Numbered from the stretch's first letter, positions 37,954-48,659 are shown. The stretch: 64,000 nucleotides of DNA from Anaeromyxobacteraceae bacterium (GCA_032654565.1 JAULAX010000017.1:320001-384000); one strand, 5' to 3'. The notes: generated by a model not told the origin, from the sequence alone. Numbers and translations are program-made.

Positions 37954-38081
37954 GTCGCCACAGTGTAACCCCCCGGCCTGACTGGTGTGAGGATCCCCTG
38001 CCGGGAAGCGAACTTCACCGGTTCGTCACACAAGGAGCGCCGCGCCCGGGCCGTCCCCGGGCCATACTCCCCAACGTCCCC

Positions 38082-40274
38082 ATGTCCTCCCCCACCTCCA
38101 CGCCGCCGGGCGCCGCCGAGCCGCCGCTCGACCCCGTCATCACCCGCGCCCTCGAGCTCCACGACCCCTCGCTCTTCCTCAACCGCGAGCTCTCCTGGCT
38201 GGAGTTCGACGCCCGCGTCCTCGAGGAGGCCCGGGACACCTCCCTGCCCATCCTGGAGCGGCTCAAGTTCCTCGGCATCGTCTCCTCCAACCTGGACGAG
38301 TTCTTCATGGTCCGGGTGGCCGGCCTGAAGCAGAAGATCGCCGGTGGGCTCACCGACGCCGCCGCCGACGGCCTGCTCCCCGCCGAGGTGCTCGAGGCCG
38401 TCGCCACCCGCACCCACGCGCTGGCGGAGCAGCTGGACCGGACCTGGCTCGACGAGATCGGGCCGGCGCTGGGCCGGGCCGGCCATCGGCTGGTGGCCCC
38501 CGCCGCCTTCTCCCCCCGGCAGGCCGAGGCCGCCCGGCTGCGGTTCACCCAGGAGGTCTTCCCCGTCCTGACGCCGCTGGCCGTCGACCCCGGCCACCCC
38601 TTCCCGCAGCTGCGCAACAAGTCGCTCAACGTGGCCCTGATCCTGCGGCGCGCCGGGCGCAAGCGGAAGCGGGACATGGAGGTGCTGCTGGCGGTGGTGC
38701 AGGTCCCCTCGGTGCTGCCGCGCCTCATCCGCCTCCCCTCCGAAGCCGGCGTCGAGCACGCCCTGCTCGACGAGGTCATCGCCGCCTACGCCGTCGACCT
38801 CTTCCCCGGCTTCACGGTGCTCCACGCCGCCGGCTTCCGGGTCACCCGCAACTGGGACCTGGAGATCGACGAGGAGGAGTCGGAGGACCTGGTCTCGGCG
38901 GTGCAGGAGGAGCTGCGCCGGCGCGATCGCGGCGCCGCGGTCCGGCTCGAGGTGGCCGCCAGCGCCGCCGACCCCATCGTCTCGGCGCTGGTCGGGGCCC
39001 TCAAGCTCGAGCCGGCCGACGTCTACCGGGTCACCGGCCCGCTCCAGGTGCAGGACCTGGCCCAGCTCGGCGACGCCGACCCGCGCCCCGAGCTGCGGCT
39101 GGAGCCCTGGACCGCGGTGCTCCCCAGGCCCTTCGAGGAGGGGACGCCGGTGCGTGAGGCCATCGCCGCTGGCGAGGTGCTGCTCCACCACCCGTACGAG
39201 GCCTTCGACCCGGTGGTCCGCTTCGTCGAGGAGGCGGCCGACGACCCGGACGTGCTGGCCATCAAGCAGACCCTCTACCGGACCAGCGGCGACAGCCCCT
39301 TCGTGCGGGCCCTCTCCCGGGCCGCCGAGAACGGCAAGCAGGTCACCGCCATCGTCGAGATCAAGGCCCGCTTCGACGAGGCCAACAACATCGCCTGGGC
39401 CCGCCGGCTGGAGGAGTCGGGGGTCCACGTGGTCTATGGCCTGCTCGGCCTCAAGACCCACTGCAAGGTGGCGCTGGTGGTGCGGCGCGAGGGGGCCCGG
39501 CTGCGCCGCTACATCCACCTCGGCACCGGCAACTACAACCCGCAGACCGCCCGGGTCTACACCGACCTCTCGCTCTTCTCGGCGGCGCCCGAGCTGGGCG
39601 AGGACGTGGCCAGCCTCTTCAACCTGCTCACCGGCTACGCCGAGCCGCCGCGCTGGAAGAAGCTGACGGTGGCCCCCTTCGGCCTGCAGGAGCGGATCAT
39701 CGAGCTGATCGGCCGGGAGGCCGACAAGGCCCGGCGCGGCGAGCCGGCGCGGCTGGTCGCCAAGATGAACTCGCTGGTGGACGCCGCGGTGATCCGGGCC
39801 CTCTACGCCGCCAGCCAGGCCGGCGTGGAGATCGATCTGCTGGTCCGCGGCATCTGCTGCCTGCGCCCCGGCGTGCCCGGCATCTCCGAGCGCATCCGCG
39901 TCACCTCGGTGGTGGACCGGTTCCTCGAGCACTCCAGGGTCTTCGTCTTCGGCGCCGGCGACAACCCCGACTGCCTGCTCTCCAGCGCCGACTGGATGCC
40001 GCGCAACTTCCACTCCCGGGTGGAGGTGATGTTCCCGGTCGAGGACAAGGCCATCAAGGCGCGGCTGGTCGGCGAGATCCTCGGCCTGCCGCTGCAGGAC
40101 CGGGCCCGGGCCCGCTGGCTCCAGCCCGACGGCAGCTCCCGGCGCGCCGACGGGGGGCCGGGGGCGCTGCGCAGCCAGCAGGCGCTCTGCGAGGCGGCCC
40201 TGGCCGGCCGCGGCCTGACCCGGCCCACCGTGCTGCGCCAGGCGCCGGCGCCCCGGACCGAGCCCACCACCTGA
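38082..40274 (+). CDS. ppk1: Polyphosphate kinase 1
   Basis: NRELSWLEF, SNLDEFFMVRVAG, HHPY, IKQTLYRTS, KTHCK, RFLEHSR, SADWM. Confidence 0.97.
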   Translation: MSSPTSTPPGAAEPPLDPVITRALELHDPSLFLNRELSWLEFDARVLEEARDTSLPILERLKFLGIVSSNLDEFFMVRVAGLKQKIAGGLTDAAADGLLPAEVLEAVATRTHALAEQLDRTWLDEIGPALGRAGHRLVAPAAFSPRQAEAARLRFTQEVFPVLTPLAVDPGHPFPQLRNKSLNVALILRRAGRKRKRDMEVLLAVVQVPSVLPRLIRLPSEAGVEHALLDEVIAAYAVDLFPGFTVLHAAGFRVTRNWDLEIDEEESEDLVSAVQEELRRRDRGAAVRLEVAASAADPIVSALVGALKLEPADVYRVTGPLQVQDLAQLGDADPRPELRLEPWTAVLPRPFEEGTPVREAIAAGEVLLHHPYEAFDPVVRFVEEAADDPDVLAIKQTLYRTSGDSPFVRALSRAAENGKQVTAIVEIKARFDEANNIAWARRLEESGVHVVYGLLGLKTHCKVALVVRREGARLRRYIHLGTGNYNPQTARVYTDLSLFSAAPELGEDVASLFNLLTGYAEPPRWKKLTVAPFGLQERIIELIGREADKARRGEPARLVAKMNSLVDAAVIRALYAASQAGVEIDLLVRGICCLRPGVPGISERIRVTSVVDRFLEHSRVFVFGAGDNPDCLLSSADWMPRNFHSRVEVMFPVEDKAIKARLVGEILGLPLQDRARARWLQPDGSSRRADGGPGALRSQQALCEAALAGRGLTRPTVLRQAPAPRTEPTT

Positions 40275-40286
40275 CCAAGGCCTGAG

Positions 40287-41051
40287 ATGACCACCCCTCC
40301 CTGGAAGACCGCCCTCGTCACCGGCGCCTCCAGCGGCCTCGGCCGCGGACTGGCGCTCTGGCTCACCCAGCGAGGCGTCCGGGTCTGGGCCGCCGCCCGC
40401 CGCGTCGACGCCCTCGCCGCGCTGCGCGCCGAGGCCGGCGAGCTGCTCACGCCGCTGCAGCTGGACGTGGCCGAGGCCGAGGCCACCTTCGCGCGGGTGC
40501 GGGACCTCGACGGCGAGGTCGGCGGGCTCGACCTGGTGATCGCCAACGCCGGCGCGGGGGAGAAGACCAACCCGCGCACGCTCGACTTCGCCTCCGTCAA
40601 CCGGATGATCCAGGTGAACGTGGCCGGCGCCTCGGCGACGCTCTGCGGCGCCCTCCCCGGCATGGTGGAGCGGCGGCGCGGCCACCTGGTGGGCATCAGC
40701 AGCATGGCCGGCCTGCTCCCCTTCCCGGGCAGCAGCACCTACTGCGCCAGCAAGGCCTACCTGCGCATGTTCCTCGACGGCCTCCGGCTCGACGTGACCC
40801 GGCACGGGATCGACGTGACCTCGATCCACCCCGGCTTCGTCAAGAGCGAGATGACCGACCAGAGGGAGAAGCGGTCCATGCCGTTCCTCATGGAGACGGC
40901 GCCGGCCGTGGCGCTGATGGGGCGGGCCCTGCTGCAGCGGCGCCAGCAGCTGCTCTTCCCGTGGCAGGTGAGCGTCCTGGTCCGGCTGGGGAGCGCGCTG
41001 CCCGGCCCCTGGTGGAACGCCCTGGCCAGGGTGAAGGCCAGGAAGCGCTAG
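40287..41051 (+). CDS. Short-chain dehydrogenase/reductase
   Basis: TGASSGLG, NAG, YCASK. Confidence 0.93.
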   Translation: MTTPPWKTALVTGASSGLGRGLALWLTQRGVRVWAAARRVDALAALRAEAGELLTPLQLDVAEAEATFARVRDLDGEVGGLDLVIANAGAGEKTNPRTLDFASVNRMIQVNVAGASATLCGALPGMVERRRGHLVGISSMAGLLPFPGSSTYCASKAYLRMFLDGLRLDVTRHGIDVTSIHPGFVKSEMTDQREKRSMPFLMETAPAVALMGRALLQRRQQLLFPWQVSVLVRLGSALPGPWWNALARVKARKR

Positions 41052-41102
41052 CCGACCGGCGCACCCGGGCCGGGAAGGCGAGCCGCCCAGCCCCCCAGCC
41101 GC

Positions 41103-42740
41103 TCAGGCGTCGTCGCCGGTCACCGCGGCCAGCAGCGTCTCCCGGCGCGCCGAGAGCAGCCGCCCCGCCGCCGGCAGCGTCCGCCACCAGAGCCAGCCGC
41201 CCAGCCCCCCGAGCAGCAGCCAGGCCGGCGGCAGCAGCCAGGCCAGGTCCAGCTTGAGCGCCAGCAGCACCGGCAGCGCGAAGAGCCCGGTCACCCCGGA
41301 GAAGATGACCATGCCGGCCAGCGCCGAGAGCGCCGGCAGGCTGCCGCTCCGCTGCAGGCCGAGCGGGGCCACCCGCGGGTTGGAGATGGCCACCGCGTTG
41401 CCCAGCGCCAGGAACCACGGCGCGGCGCCGAGGTGGAGCACCAGCGTCCCCACCAGCGCCCAGGCCGGCGGCCAGCCCCCGGCCACCACCATGGCCAGCA
41501 CCGAGGCCAGGTGGATGGCCAGCGCCAGCGCGGCCACCGCCAGGTTCTTGGCCAGCAGCACCGACTCCAGGGCCACCGGGGCCAGGAAGTAGAGCCGGGC
41601 CCCGCCCCGCTCCCAGCCGAAGCCGTTGAGCCAGTAGGTCTGGGTGGCGAGGTGGACGTAGATGGCCACCCCCAGCACCGGCAGCGCCCGCACCACCTCG
41701 CCGGCCTCGGCCGGGATGTAGGGGCGCAGCTTCCAGGCGATCAGCCCGGCCACCGCCGGCAGGATGATCCCCAGCACCAGCGAGAGCGGGTGGCGGCTCA
41801 GGAAGGTCAGCTCGCGCTCCAGCATGGCCCCGGTGGCCCCGCCCCAGAGCCGCCCGGCCAGCGTCCCCAGCCCGCTCCCCACCCGCGCCGTGCCGCCGCC
41901 GCCGCCGTCGCGGGCCTCGTCGAGCGCCAGCCGGAAGGCGGCCCAGCCGGCGGCCACCGTGGCCAGGGCCAGCCCCGCCATCCAGGGGAGCGCCGCCCCC
42001 AGCTCGCCATGGAAGAGCCGCCGCGCCGCCCCCGCCGCCAGCGCCCCGGGCCAGCCCAGCCACTGCAGCACCTGCAGCACCGCCAGGGTGTCGCGCAGGC
42101 TCGGCCTGCTCCTGTCGAGGCCGGCCAGCAGCGCCGCCGCCAGGGCCAGCGCCACGTAGAGCCCGGCGAAGAGCACCGACTTGAGCCGGGCCCGCCGCAG
42201 CACCCGCGCCGCCAGCTCCTGCAGGAGCGCCAGCCAGGTGACCGTGGCGGCGGCGAAGAGCAGCAGCACCAGCGCCAGCAGCAGGAGCCACCCGCCGAAG
42301 CGCCCCAGCGCCGCGCCCACCAGGGCGCCCGTCAGCACCACGCACCAGAAGACGGCCAGCGGATCGCCGAGCAGCCCGGCCGCCTGCCCGTGGAGCCAGA
42401 GCATCCCCGGCCGCAGCGGGTAGACCAGGTAGCGGCGCAGGTCGAGCGCCTCCTGCTCCTGCATGGCCAGCGAGGCCGCCGTCCAGGCCTGCCAGATGCC
42501 CAGGAAGTAGGCGGTGACGGTCAGGTCCACCTGGACGCCGGCGCCGACCCCCCGGGCGGCGCGGTACATGCCGGCGGCGATGCCGACGGCCAGCAGCAGG
42601 CTGATGGGGACGAGCAGCAGGTAGCCGATGGCCTTGGCCACCAGCTCGCCGATCCCCCGCCGCCCCAGCAGCCGCCGCCAGGTGAGGCGGAAGCGCAGCT
42701 CGGCGAAGGCGGCCAGCGGGGTGTCGCGCAGCGCCGTCAC
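41103..42740 (-). CDS. ABC-2-type exporter permease
   Basis: Many TM helices in two similar halves; coupled to ABC ATPase. Confidence 0.85.
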   Translation of the reverse strand: MTALRDTPLAAFAELRFRLTWRRLLGRRGIGELVAKAIGYLLLVPISLLLAVGIAAGMYRAARGVGAGVQVDLTVTAYFLGIWQAWTAASLAMQEQEALDLRRYLVYPLRPGMLWLHGQAAGLLGDPLAVFWCVVLTGALVGAALGRFGGWLLLLALVLLLFAAATVTWLALLQELAARVLRRARLKSVLFAGLYVALALAAALLAGLDRSRPSLRDTLAVLQVLQWLGWPGALAAGAARRLFHGELGAALPWMAGLALATVAAGWAAFRLALDEARDGGGGGTARVGSGLGTLAGRLWGGATGAMLERELTFLSRHPLSLVLGIILPAVAGLIAWKLRPYIPAEAGEVVRALPVLGVAIYVHLATQTYWLNGFGWERGGARLYFLAPVALESVLLAKNLAVAALALAIHLASVLAMVVAGGWPPAWALVGTLVLHLGAAPWFLALGNAVAISNPRVAPLGLQRSGSLPALSALAGMVIFSGVTGLFALPVLLALKLDLAWLLPPAWLLLGGLGGWLWWRTLPAAGRLLSARRETLLAAVTGDDA

Positions 42741-43507
42741 CGGGCCGGCTCGCCCAGCCAGGAGAGCCGCCGGTCCTTGACGTCCTCGCCGACGGTGCGG
42801 ATGAAGATCTCCTCCAGCGTCCCGGCGCCGCGCACCTCCTCCAGCGTCCCCTGGGCCACCAGCCGCCCCGCCTGGATGATGCCGACGTGGGTGACCAGCC
42901 GCTCCACCACCTCGAGCACGTGGCTGGTGAGGAAGATGGTCATGCGGCCGTCCTGCACCAGGTCCTGGAGCAGCCGCCGGATGCCGCTCACCGCCACCGC
43001 GTCGATCCCCTCGAAGGGCTCGTCGAGGAAGAGCAGCCTGGGCCCGTGGATGAGGGCGCCGGCCAGCGCCAGCTTCTTCTTCATGCCGTGGCTGTAGTCG
43101 CCCACCAGCTTGCCGGCGTCGCCGGTCAGCTCCATGGCCACCAGCAGCTCCTCGGCCCGCCGCGCCGCCTCGACCCGGGTCAGGCCGTAGAGCTGGCCGT
43201 GCAGCCGCAGCTGCTCCAGGCCGGTGAGCCGCTCGAAGAGCGAGAGCCCGTCGGGCACCACCCCCACCAGCCGCTTCACCGCCAGCGCCTGGCGCCGGTC
43301 GGCGAGGTCGTGGCCGAGCACGCTGGCCCGGCCGCTGCTGGGCGCCAGCAGGCCGGTGAGCAGCTTCATGGTGGTGGACTTGCCGGCGCCGTTGGGGCCG
43401 AGGAAGCCGTAGAAGGCCCCGTCGGGCACCGCCAGCGAGAGGTCGGAGACGGCGGGCTTCCCGTCGAAGTGCCTGGTGAGCCCGTGCGTCTCGATGGCGA
43501 GATCCAT
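42737..43507 (-). CDS. ABC transporter ATP-binding protein
   Basis: GPNGAGKST, YSHGMKKK signature, LFLDEP, H-loop. Confidence 0.95.
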   Translation of the reverse strand: MDLAIETHGLTRHFDGKPAVSDLSLAVPDGAFYGFLGPNGAGKSTTMKLLTGLLAPSSGRASVLGHDLADRRQALAVKRLVGVVPDGLSLFERLTGLEQLRLHGQLYGLTRVEAARRAEELLVAMELTGDAGKLVGDYSHGMKKKLALAGALIHGPRLLFLDEPFEGIDAVAVSGIRRLLQDLVQDGRMTIFLTSHVLEVVERLVTHVGIIQAGRLVAQGTLEEVRGAGTLEEIFIRTVGEDVKDRRLSWLGEPAR

Positions 43508-43580
43508 GCCCGCTCCGGGTAACACGGGGGGCGGCCCGGCGCCACCCGCCGAGGCCGCCGGCGAGGCGGGACCGCTCTAT

Positions 43581-43955
43581 TCAGTGGAGCGATTCGGACG
43601 GGGCGCTGGCCGCCTCGAAGCGGACGAAGCGGATGCCCATCCCCTGCACGCCCACCGGGACGTCCGGCCCGTCGCTGCCGGGCGCGCGCCGGCCCACCAG
43701 GTGGCACACGTAGCGCACCTCGCCCACGGCGATGATGCCGCCGCCCGACGGGCTGAAGTTGACGCGCACCTCGGAGCCGATGGGCTGCGTCACCGGCGTC
43801 TCGACGAAGAGGCCGCCCGGGGAGATGTTGCGGGCGATGCCGTGGACCTCGCCGCGCTCACCCTCGAGCCAGACGGCGAAGACCTTGTCGAGCCGCTCGG
43901 CGCCGCGCCGCTCGGCGCTGCTGGTGACTTCGATCGGCTTGGTCCGCCAGAGCAT
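43581..43955 (-). CDS. PilZ domain protein
   Basis: RxxxR (ERRGAER) and NISPGG motifs, GMGIRF. Confidence 0.88.
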   Translation of the reverse strand: MLWRTKPIEVTSSAERRGAERLDKVFAVWLEGERGEVHGIARNISPGGLFVETPVTQPIGSEVRVNFSPSGGGIIAVGEVRYVCHLVGRRAPGSDGPDVPVGVQGMGIRFVRFEAASAPSESLH

Positions 43956-44043
43956 GTGGCCTCCCCTGTTGGACGGAGACCCTATGCTGGTAGGTTGATG
44001 TAGGCAAGAAACCGACCTTGCCCTACCTCGCCGGCTCCGCGGG

Positions 44044-45585
44044 CTACTTCCGGCCGCCCACCGGGATGGCCAGGAAGGCGGTGGCGGCGCCGCGCCGGAT
44101 GCGGAGCAGCGCCATGTCGCCGTCCTTGAGCTTCTCGACGATCCCGATCAGGTCGGCCGGGCGGGTCACCGGCTTCTGGTTCAGCTGGATGATGACGTCG
44201 CCGCGCTGCACGCCGGCCCCCTCGGCGGGCCCGCCTTCGACCACCTCGGTCACCACCACCCCCTTCAGGTCGGGCGGCAGCCGCAGCGCCCCGACCGCCT
44301 CGGCGTCGAGCGGCGCCACCTTGAAGCCGAGCTTGGGGGTCTTGCTCCCCTCCCGGCTCTCCTCCCCCTGGTCCCAGTCCTCGCGGCCGATGGCCGACTC
44401 GTCGTCGGGGCGCTTGCCGACGGCGAGGGTGACGGCCTTCTGGCTCCCCTTGCGGACCAGGCCGAGCTTGATCGACTGGCCCGGCGGGACCAGCGCCACG
44501 GCCCGGGAGAGGCCCGACGACGACTCGATCGGCTTGCCGTCGAGCGAGGTGATGACATCCCCCGGCTCGAGGCCGGCCTTCTCTGCCGGCGTCCTCGGCA
44601 CCACCTGCTGGACCAGCGCCCCCTTGCTGCCCGGAGGCAGCCCGAAGGCCACCGCCAGGTCCGGGGTCAGCTCGGAGAGCGACACCCCGACGTAGCCGCG
44701 GACCACCTTGCCGCCGGCCTTGAGCTGCGGCAGGAGCGCCTTGGCCAGGGTGATGGGGACGGCGAAGCCGATGCCCTGGCCGACCTGCGGGTTGATGATG
44801 GCGGTGTTGATGCCCACCACCTCGCCGCGCAGGTTGAAGAGCGGGCCGCCGGAGTTGCCGGGGTTGATGGCCGCGTCGGTCTGCAGGAAATCGTCGTAGG
44901 GGCTGGAGGTGCCCACCCCGCCGCGGTGCTTGGCCGAGATGATCCCCATGGTGGCGGTGCCGGAGAGCCCGAACGGCGAGCCGAGCGCCAGCACGAAGTC
45001 CCCCTGCCGGATGGCGTCGGAGTCGCCCAGCACCACGGTGGGCAGGTCACGGGGCGGGGCGTTGAGCTTGATCAGGGCCACGTCGGTGAGCGGGTCGGTG
45101 CCCACCACCTTGGCGACGAACTCGCGGTCGTCGGCCAGCTTGACGCGGATGTCGGTGGCGTTGGCCACCACGTGGTTGTTGGTGAGGATGTACCCCTCGC
45201 CGTTGAGCACGAAGCCGGAGCCGAGCCCCTGCCCGCGCAGCTCGGCGGGCCCCTCCCCGCCCCCGCCCTGGCCGGGGGGCAGGCCGAAGAACCGCTCCAG
45301 CCCGTCGGGCAGCTGGCCGTGCCGGACACCGCGCGGGTGCTTGGTGACGGTGGTGGTGGAGATGTTGACCACCGCCGGCTTGAGCCGCTCGATGAGGGGG
45401 GCCAGCGAGGCGCTGCCGGGGACGGCGGCGTCGGCCGGCGCGGTCACCAGCACCGAGGCCTCCTTGAAGAGGGCGCTGCCGGCGCGGGCCGGCTGCTCGG
45501 CCCCGGCCCGGTCCCGGCCGGTGCAGGCCACCAGGGCGGCGACCAGGGTGGAGGCGACGGTGAAGGTGAGCAGGAAGCGGCGCAT
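44044..45585 (-). CDS. DegP/HtrA serine protease with two PDZ domains, likely lipoprotein
   Basis: LTNNHVV, TDVAL, INPGNSGGPL; LVAC lipobox-like. Confidence 0.95.
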   Translation of the reverse strand: MRRFLLTFTVASTLVAALVACTGRDRAGAEQPARAGSALFKEASVLVTAPADAAVPGSASLAPLIERLKPAVVNISTTTVTKHPRGVRHGQLPDGLERFFGLPPGQGGGGEGPAELRGQGLGSGFVLNGEGYILTNNHVVANATDIRVKLADDREFVAKVVGTDPLTDVALIKLNAPPRDLPTVVLGDSDAIRQGDFVLALGSPFGLSGTATMGIISAKHRGGVGTSSPYDDFLQTDAAINPGNSGGPLFNLRGEVVGINTAIINPQVGQGIGFAVPITLAKALLPQLKAGGKVVRGYVGVSLSELTPDLAVAFGLPPGSKGALVQQVVPRTPAEKAGLEPGDVITSLDGKPIESSSGLSRAVALVPPGQSIKLGLVRKGSQKAVTLAVGKRPDDESAIGREDWDQGEESREGSKTPKLGFKVAPLDAEAVGALRLPPDLKGVVVTEVVEGGPAEGAGVQRGDVIIQLNQKPVTRPADLIGIVEKLKDGDMALLRIRRGAATAFLAIPVGGRK

Positions 45586-45679
45586 GGTGGTCCTCGAGCT
45601 GGGCGGAGAGTTCAGGGGTCCGCCCACCAAGACCACCGGGGTCGTCGAATTATTCCCTGGAACCCGCGCAGGAGGGGAC

Positions 45680-46069
45680 CTACAGCCCCAGCAGCAGGGC
45701 GATCGACTTCTCGTCGGCCGGCGGGAACTGGTAGTGGTCCAGCTCCTGCGGCAGCACCCAGCGGTGGTCGTTGATCCGGTCGTGGCGGGGCGTCCCGGAG
45801 ATGAGCCGGCAGCGGTAGACGCAGAAGTCGATGTCGTAGGCCTCGTAGGCGTGCTCCACGTGGATGACCCGATCGCCCGGCTCCACCAGCAGCCCGGCCA
45901 GCTCGAGCACCTCCCGGGCCAGCGCCCCCTGGTCGGTCTCGCCCGGCTCGACCCGCCCGCCGGGGAACTCCCAGAGCAGCGGCAGCGACGCCGTGGCGGG
46001 GCGCTGGGTGATGAGGTAGCGCCCGTCCTGCTCGATCATCGCCCCGACCACCCGAAGCTTCCGACGCAT
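45680..46069 (-). CDS. MutT/NudG-like Nudix hydrolase
   Basis: LWEFPGGRVEPGE...ALAREVLELAG; FPPAD. Confidence 0.88.
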   Translation of the reverse strand: MRRKLRVVGAMIEQDGRYLITQRPATASLPLLWEFPGGRVEPGETDQGALAREVLELAGLLVEPGDRVIHVEHAYEAYDIDFCVYRCRLISGTPRHDRINDHRWVLPQELDHYQFPPADEKSIALLLGL

Positions 46070-46234
46070 CGACCCCCCTGGATCCTCGCCCCACGCCGGG
46101 GCCCCCGTGGCCATCGCGGTGACTGCGACGGGATTGTAGAATCGACGCGCCATGCCGTCCATCCTCACCCCCCACCGGAGCCGTCCCGTCGCCTGGCGGC
46201 CCGCCCCTCCCGGCCTCGGGCCGAGGGCCCCGGC

Positions 46235-47113
46235 GTGAACCTCGACCCCCGCCTCGGCCCGGTGCTGCTCGACGGCGCCATGGGGACGGCGCTGCAGGCG
46301 GCCGGCCTCCCGCCCGGCGACCTGCCGGAGCGCTGGCTGCTGGAGCGGCCCGACGCCGTCCGCGCCGTCCACGCCGCCCACGCCGCCGCCGGCGCCAGCC
46401 TGCTGCTCACCTGCACCTTCAACGCCGCCTCGCCGCGGCTGGCCGCCGCCCGGCCCGGCGCCTCGCCGGAGCGGCTCTGCCGCCTGGCCGTGGCGCTGGC
46501 GCGGGAGGCGGCGCCCGGGGCCCGGGTGGCCGGGGCGCTGGGTCCGCTGGCGCTGGCCCGGCCGGGCGGGACCGCCCCTGCGGCGGCGCGGCGGCGGGCC
46601 CCCTTCGAGCGGCCGCTGGCGGCTTTGGCCGAGGCCGGCGCCGACCTGCTCTGGCTGGAGAGCCAGTACGACTGGCGCGAGGCCGAGTCGGCGCTGGCCG
46701 CGGCGGTGGGCGTCGGCCTGCCGGTGGCGGTCACCTTCACCCTGCTGGTGCGCGACGGCCGGCTGGTGGCGCCCGACGGGACCCCGGCCGAGGCGCTCCT
46801 CTGCCGCGCCGCCGGGTACGCCGGGGCCGGGCGGCGCGACGGCCGGGTGGTGGCGGTGGGGGTGAACTGCGTGGCGGCCGACGAGCCGCTCGCGGCGCTG
46901 GCGGGCTGGGCCCGGGCCACGCTGCCGGTCCCGTTCATCGCCAAGCCGAGCCCGGGCCTGCCCGGCCAGGTGCTGGCCCCGGCCGCCTTCGCCGCGGCGC
47001 TGGCCCCCGCGGTCGCCGCCGGGGCCCGGCTGGTGGGCGGCTGCTGCGGGGCCACCGCCGGCCACCTGGCGGCGCTGGCCGGCCTGCTTCAGTCCAGCCA
47101 GGCGCGCGGGTAG
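46235..47113 (+). CDS. Stand-alone homocysteine S-methyltransferase domain protein
   Basis: LLDGAMGT, GVNC and GGCCG zinc ligands. Confidence 0.88.
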   Translation: MNLDPRLGPVLLDGAMGTALQAAGLPPGDLPERWLLERPDAVRAVHAAHAAAGASLLLTCTFNAASPRLAAARPGASPERLCRLAVALAREAAPGARVAGALGPLALARPGGTAPAAARRRAPFERPLAALAEAGADLLWLESQYDWREAESALAAAVGVGLPVAVTFTLLVRDGRLVAPDGTPAEALLCRAAGYAGAGRRDGRVVAVGVNCVAADEPLAALAGWARATLPVPFIAKPSPGLPGQVLAPAAFAAALAPAVAAGARLVGGCCGATAGHLAALAGLLQSSQARG

Positions 47114-47919
47114 GAGCCGAGCACGTAGAAGCGGTGCACCAGCCCCCGCACCCCCTCCAGCGCCGCGGCGCACGGCGCGTCGAGCCGGTGCCCCTCGAAG
47201 TCGACGAAGAAGACGTAGTGGCCGAGCGCCTGCTTCATGGGGCGGCTCTCGATCTTGGAGAGGTTGAGTCCGCGCGAGGCGAACTCGCCCATCACCTCGT
47301 AGAGGCCGCCGGGCCGGTCGCGGTCGAGCGTGAAGGCGATGCTGGTCCGGTCGCGGCCGGTGGGCGCCTCGTCGGCGCGGGCCACCAGCACGAAGCGGGT
47401 GGTGTTCTCGTCGGCGTCCTGGATCGACTCGGCGATGATGGCCAGGCCGTAGCGCCCGGCGGCGGCGCGCGAGCCGATGGCGGCGGCGCCGGCCAGCCCC
47501 CGGCTCACCTGGATGGCGGCGTCGGCGGTGGAGTGGGTGGCCTCCAGCCGCGCCCCGGGGAGCCGCTCGCGCAGGAAGCGGGCGCACTGGCCGAGCGGCT
47601 GGGGGTGGGAGAGCACCCGGGTCAGCTGGGCCAGCGTGGTGCCGGCCGGGGCCAGCAGCTGCTGCTGCACCGGCAGCAGCACCTCTCGCCGGATCATCAG
47701 GCCGGGGCGGTGGGCCAGCAGGTCGAGGGTGGTGCCGATGGCGCCGTCGATGGAGTTCTCGATGGCCAGCAGCGCCGCCTCGGCCTTGCCGGCCAGCACC
47801 GCGTCCCAGGCGTCGGGGAAGGAGCCGCAGGGGAGCGGCTCGTCGCCGCCGGCGAGGTCGCAGCGGGCCACGGCCTCTTCGCTGAAGGTGCCCGGAGGGC
47901 CGAGGTAGGCGATGCGCAT
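47089..47919 (-). CDS. pheA: Prephenate dehydratase
   Basis: IAYLGPPGTFSEEA, ENSIDG, SHPQ, NTTRF, ACT domain NLSKIESRP. Confidence 0.95.
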   Translation of the reverse strand: MRIAYLGPPGTFSEEAVARCDLAGGDEPLPCGSFPDAWDAVLAGKAEAALLAIENSIDGAIGTTLDLLAHRPGLMIRREVLLPVQQQLLAPAGTTLAQLTRVLSHPQPLGQCARFLRERLPGARLEATHSTADAAIQVSRGLAGAAAIGSRAAAGRYGLAIIAESIQDADENTTRFVLVARADEAPTGRDRTSIAFTLDRDRPGGLYEVMGEFASRGLNLSKIESRPMKQALGHYVFFVDFEGHRLDAPCAAALEGVRGLVHRFYVLGSYPRAWLD

Positions 47920-47993
47920 GGGGGGGCGAAGATAGCAGAGCTCCGGTCCCCGTCGAAGCCGCCGAGGCCGGCGACGGCCTGGCTCGGCGGGCG

Positions 47994-48659
47994 CTACCGG
48001 ACTGGTCCAACCGCCTGGAGCCGGGCGACCAGCGGGGCCAGCTCGGCCATGGCGGTGACCAGGTGGTCGGCCAGCGGCGCCAGCACCTCGCGGCTGGCCG
48101 CCCCCCAGCAGACGCCGACGGTGACCGTCCCGGCCCCGCGCCCGGCCACCAGGTCGTGCGGCGAGTCGCCGATCATCACCGCCTCGCCCGGCGCCCGGTC
48201 GACCCGGGAGAGCGCGAAGCGGACCGGCATGGGGTCGGGCTTGCTCCGCGCCACGGTGTCGGCGGCGACCACCACGTCCACCAGCTCGAGCAGGCCGACG
48301 TGGCGCAGCGTCCGCTCCGCCCCCGCCGCGAGCTTGGCCGTCACCACGCCGATGGGGTGGCCGGCAGCCCGGAGGCCGCGCACCAGGTCGGCGGCGCCGG
48401 GGAAGAGGTGGGTGGCGGCGTCGTGGTGCTGGAGCCAGTAGGCCCGGTAGCGCTGGAAGAGCGGCTCGGCCAGGTCGGGCGAGGCGGCCAGCGCCTCGAG
48501 CTGGGCGCGCAGCGGCGTGCCGATGCCTGCGATCCACTCGGCGTCGGTGGGGGTGCGCGGCTGGCCCTCGAAGGCGTGGCGGACGGCGGCGAGGATGAAG
48601 GGGACGGTGTCGACGAGCGTGCCGTCGAGATCGAAGAGGACGGCGATGGGGCGGGGCAC
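47994..48659 (-). CDS. HAD-superfamily phosphatase (PpaX/Gph-like)
   Basis: FDLDGTL, KPDP, IGDSPHD. Confidence 0.92.
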   Translation of the reverse strand: MPRPIAVLFDLDGTLVDTVPFILAAVRHAFEGQPRTPTDAEWIAGIGTPLRAQLEALAASPDLAEPLFQRYRAYWLQHHDAATHLFPGAADLVRGLRAAGHPIGVVTAKLAAGAERTLRHVGLLELVDVVVAADTVARSKPDPMPVRFALSRVDRAPGEAVMIGDSPHDLVAGRGAGTVTVGVCWGAASREVLAPLADHLVTAMAELAPLVARLQAVGPVR

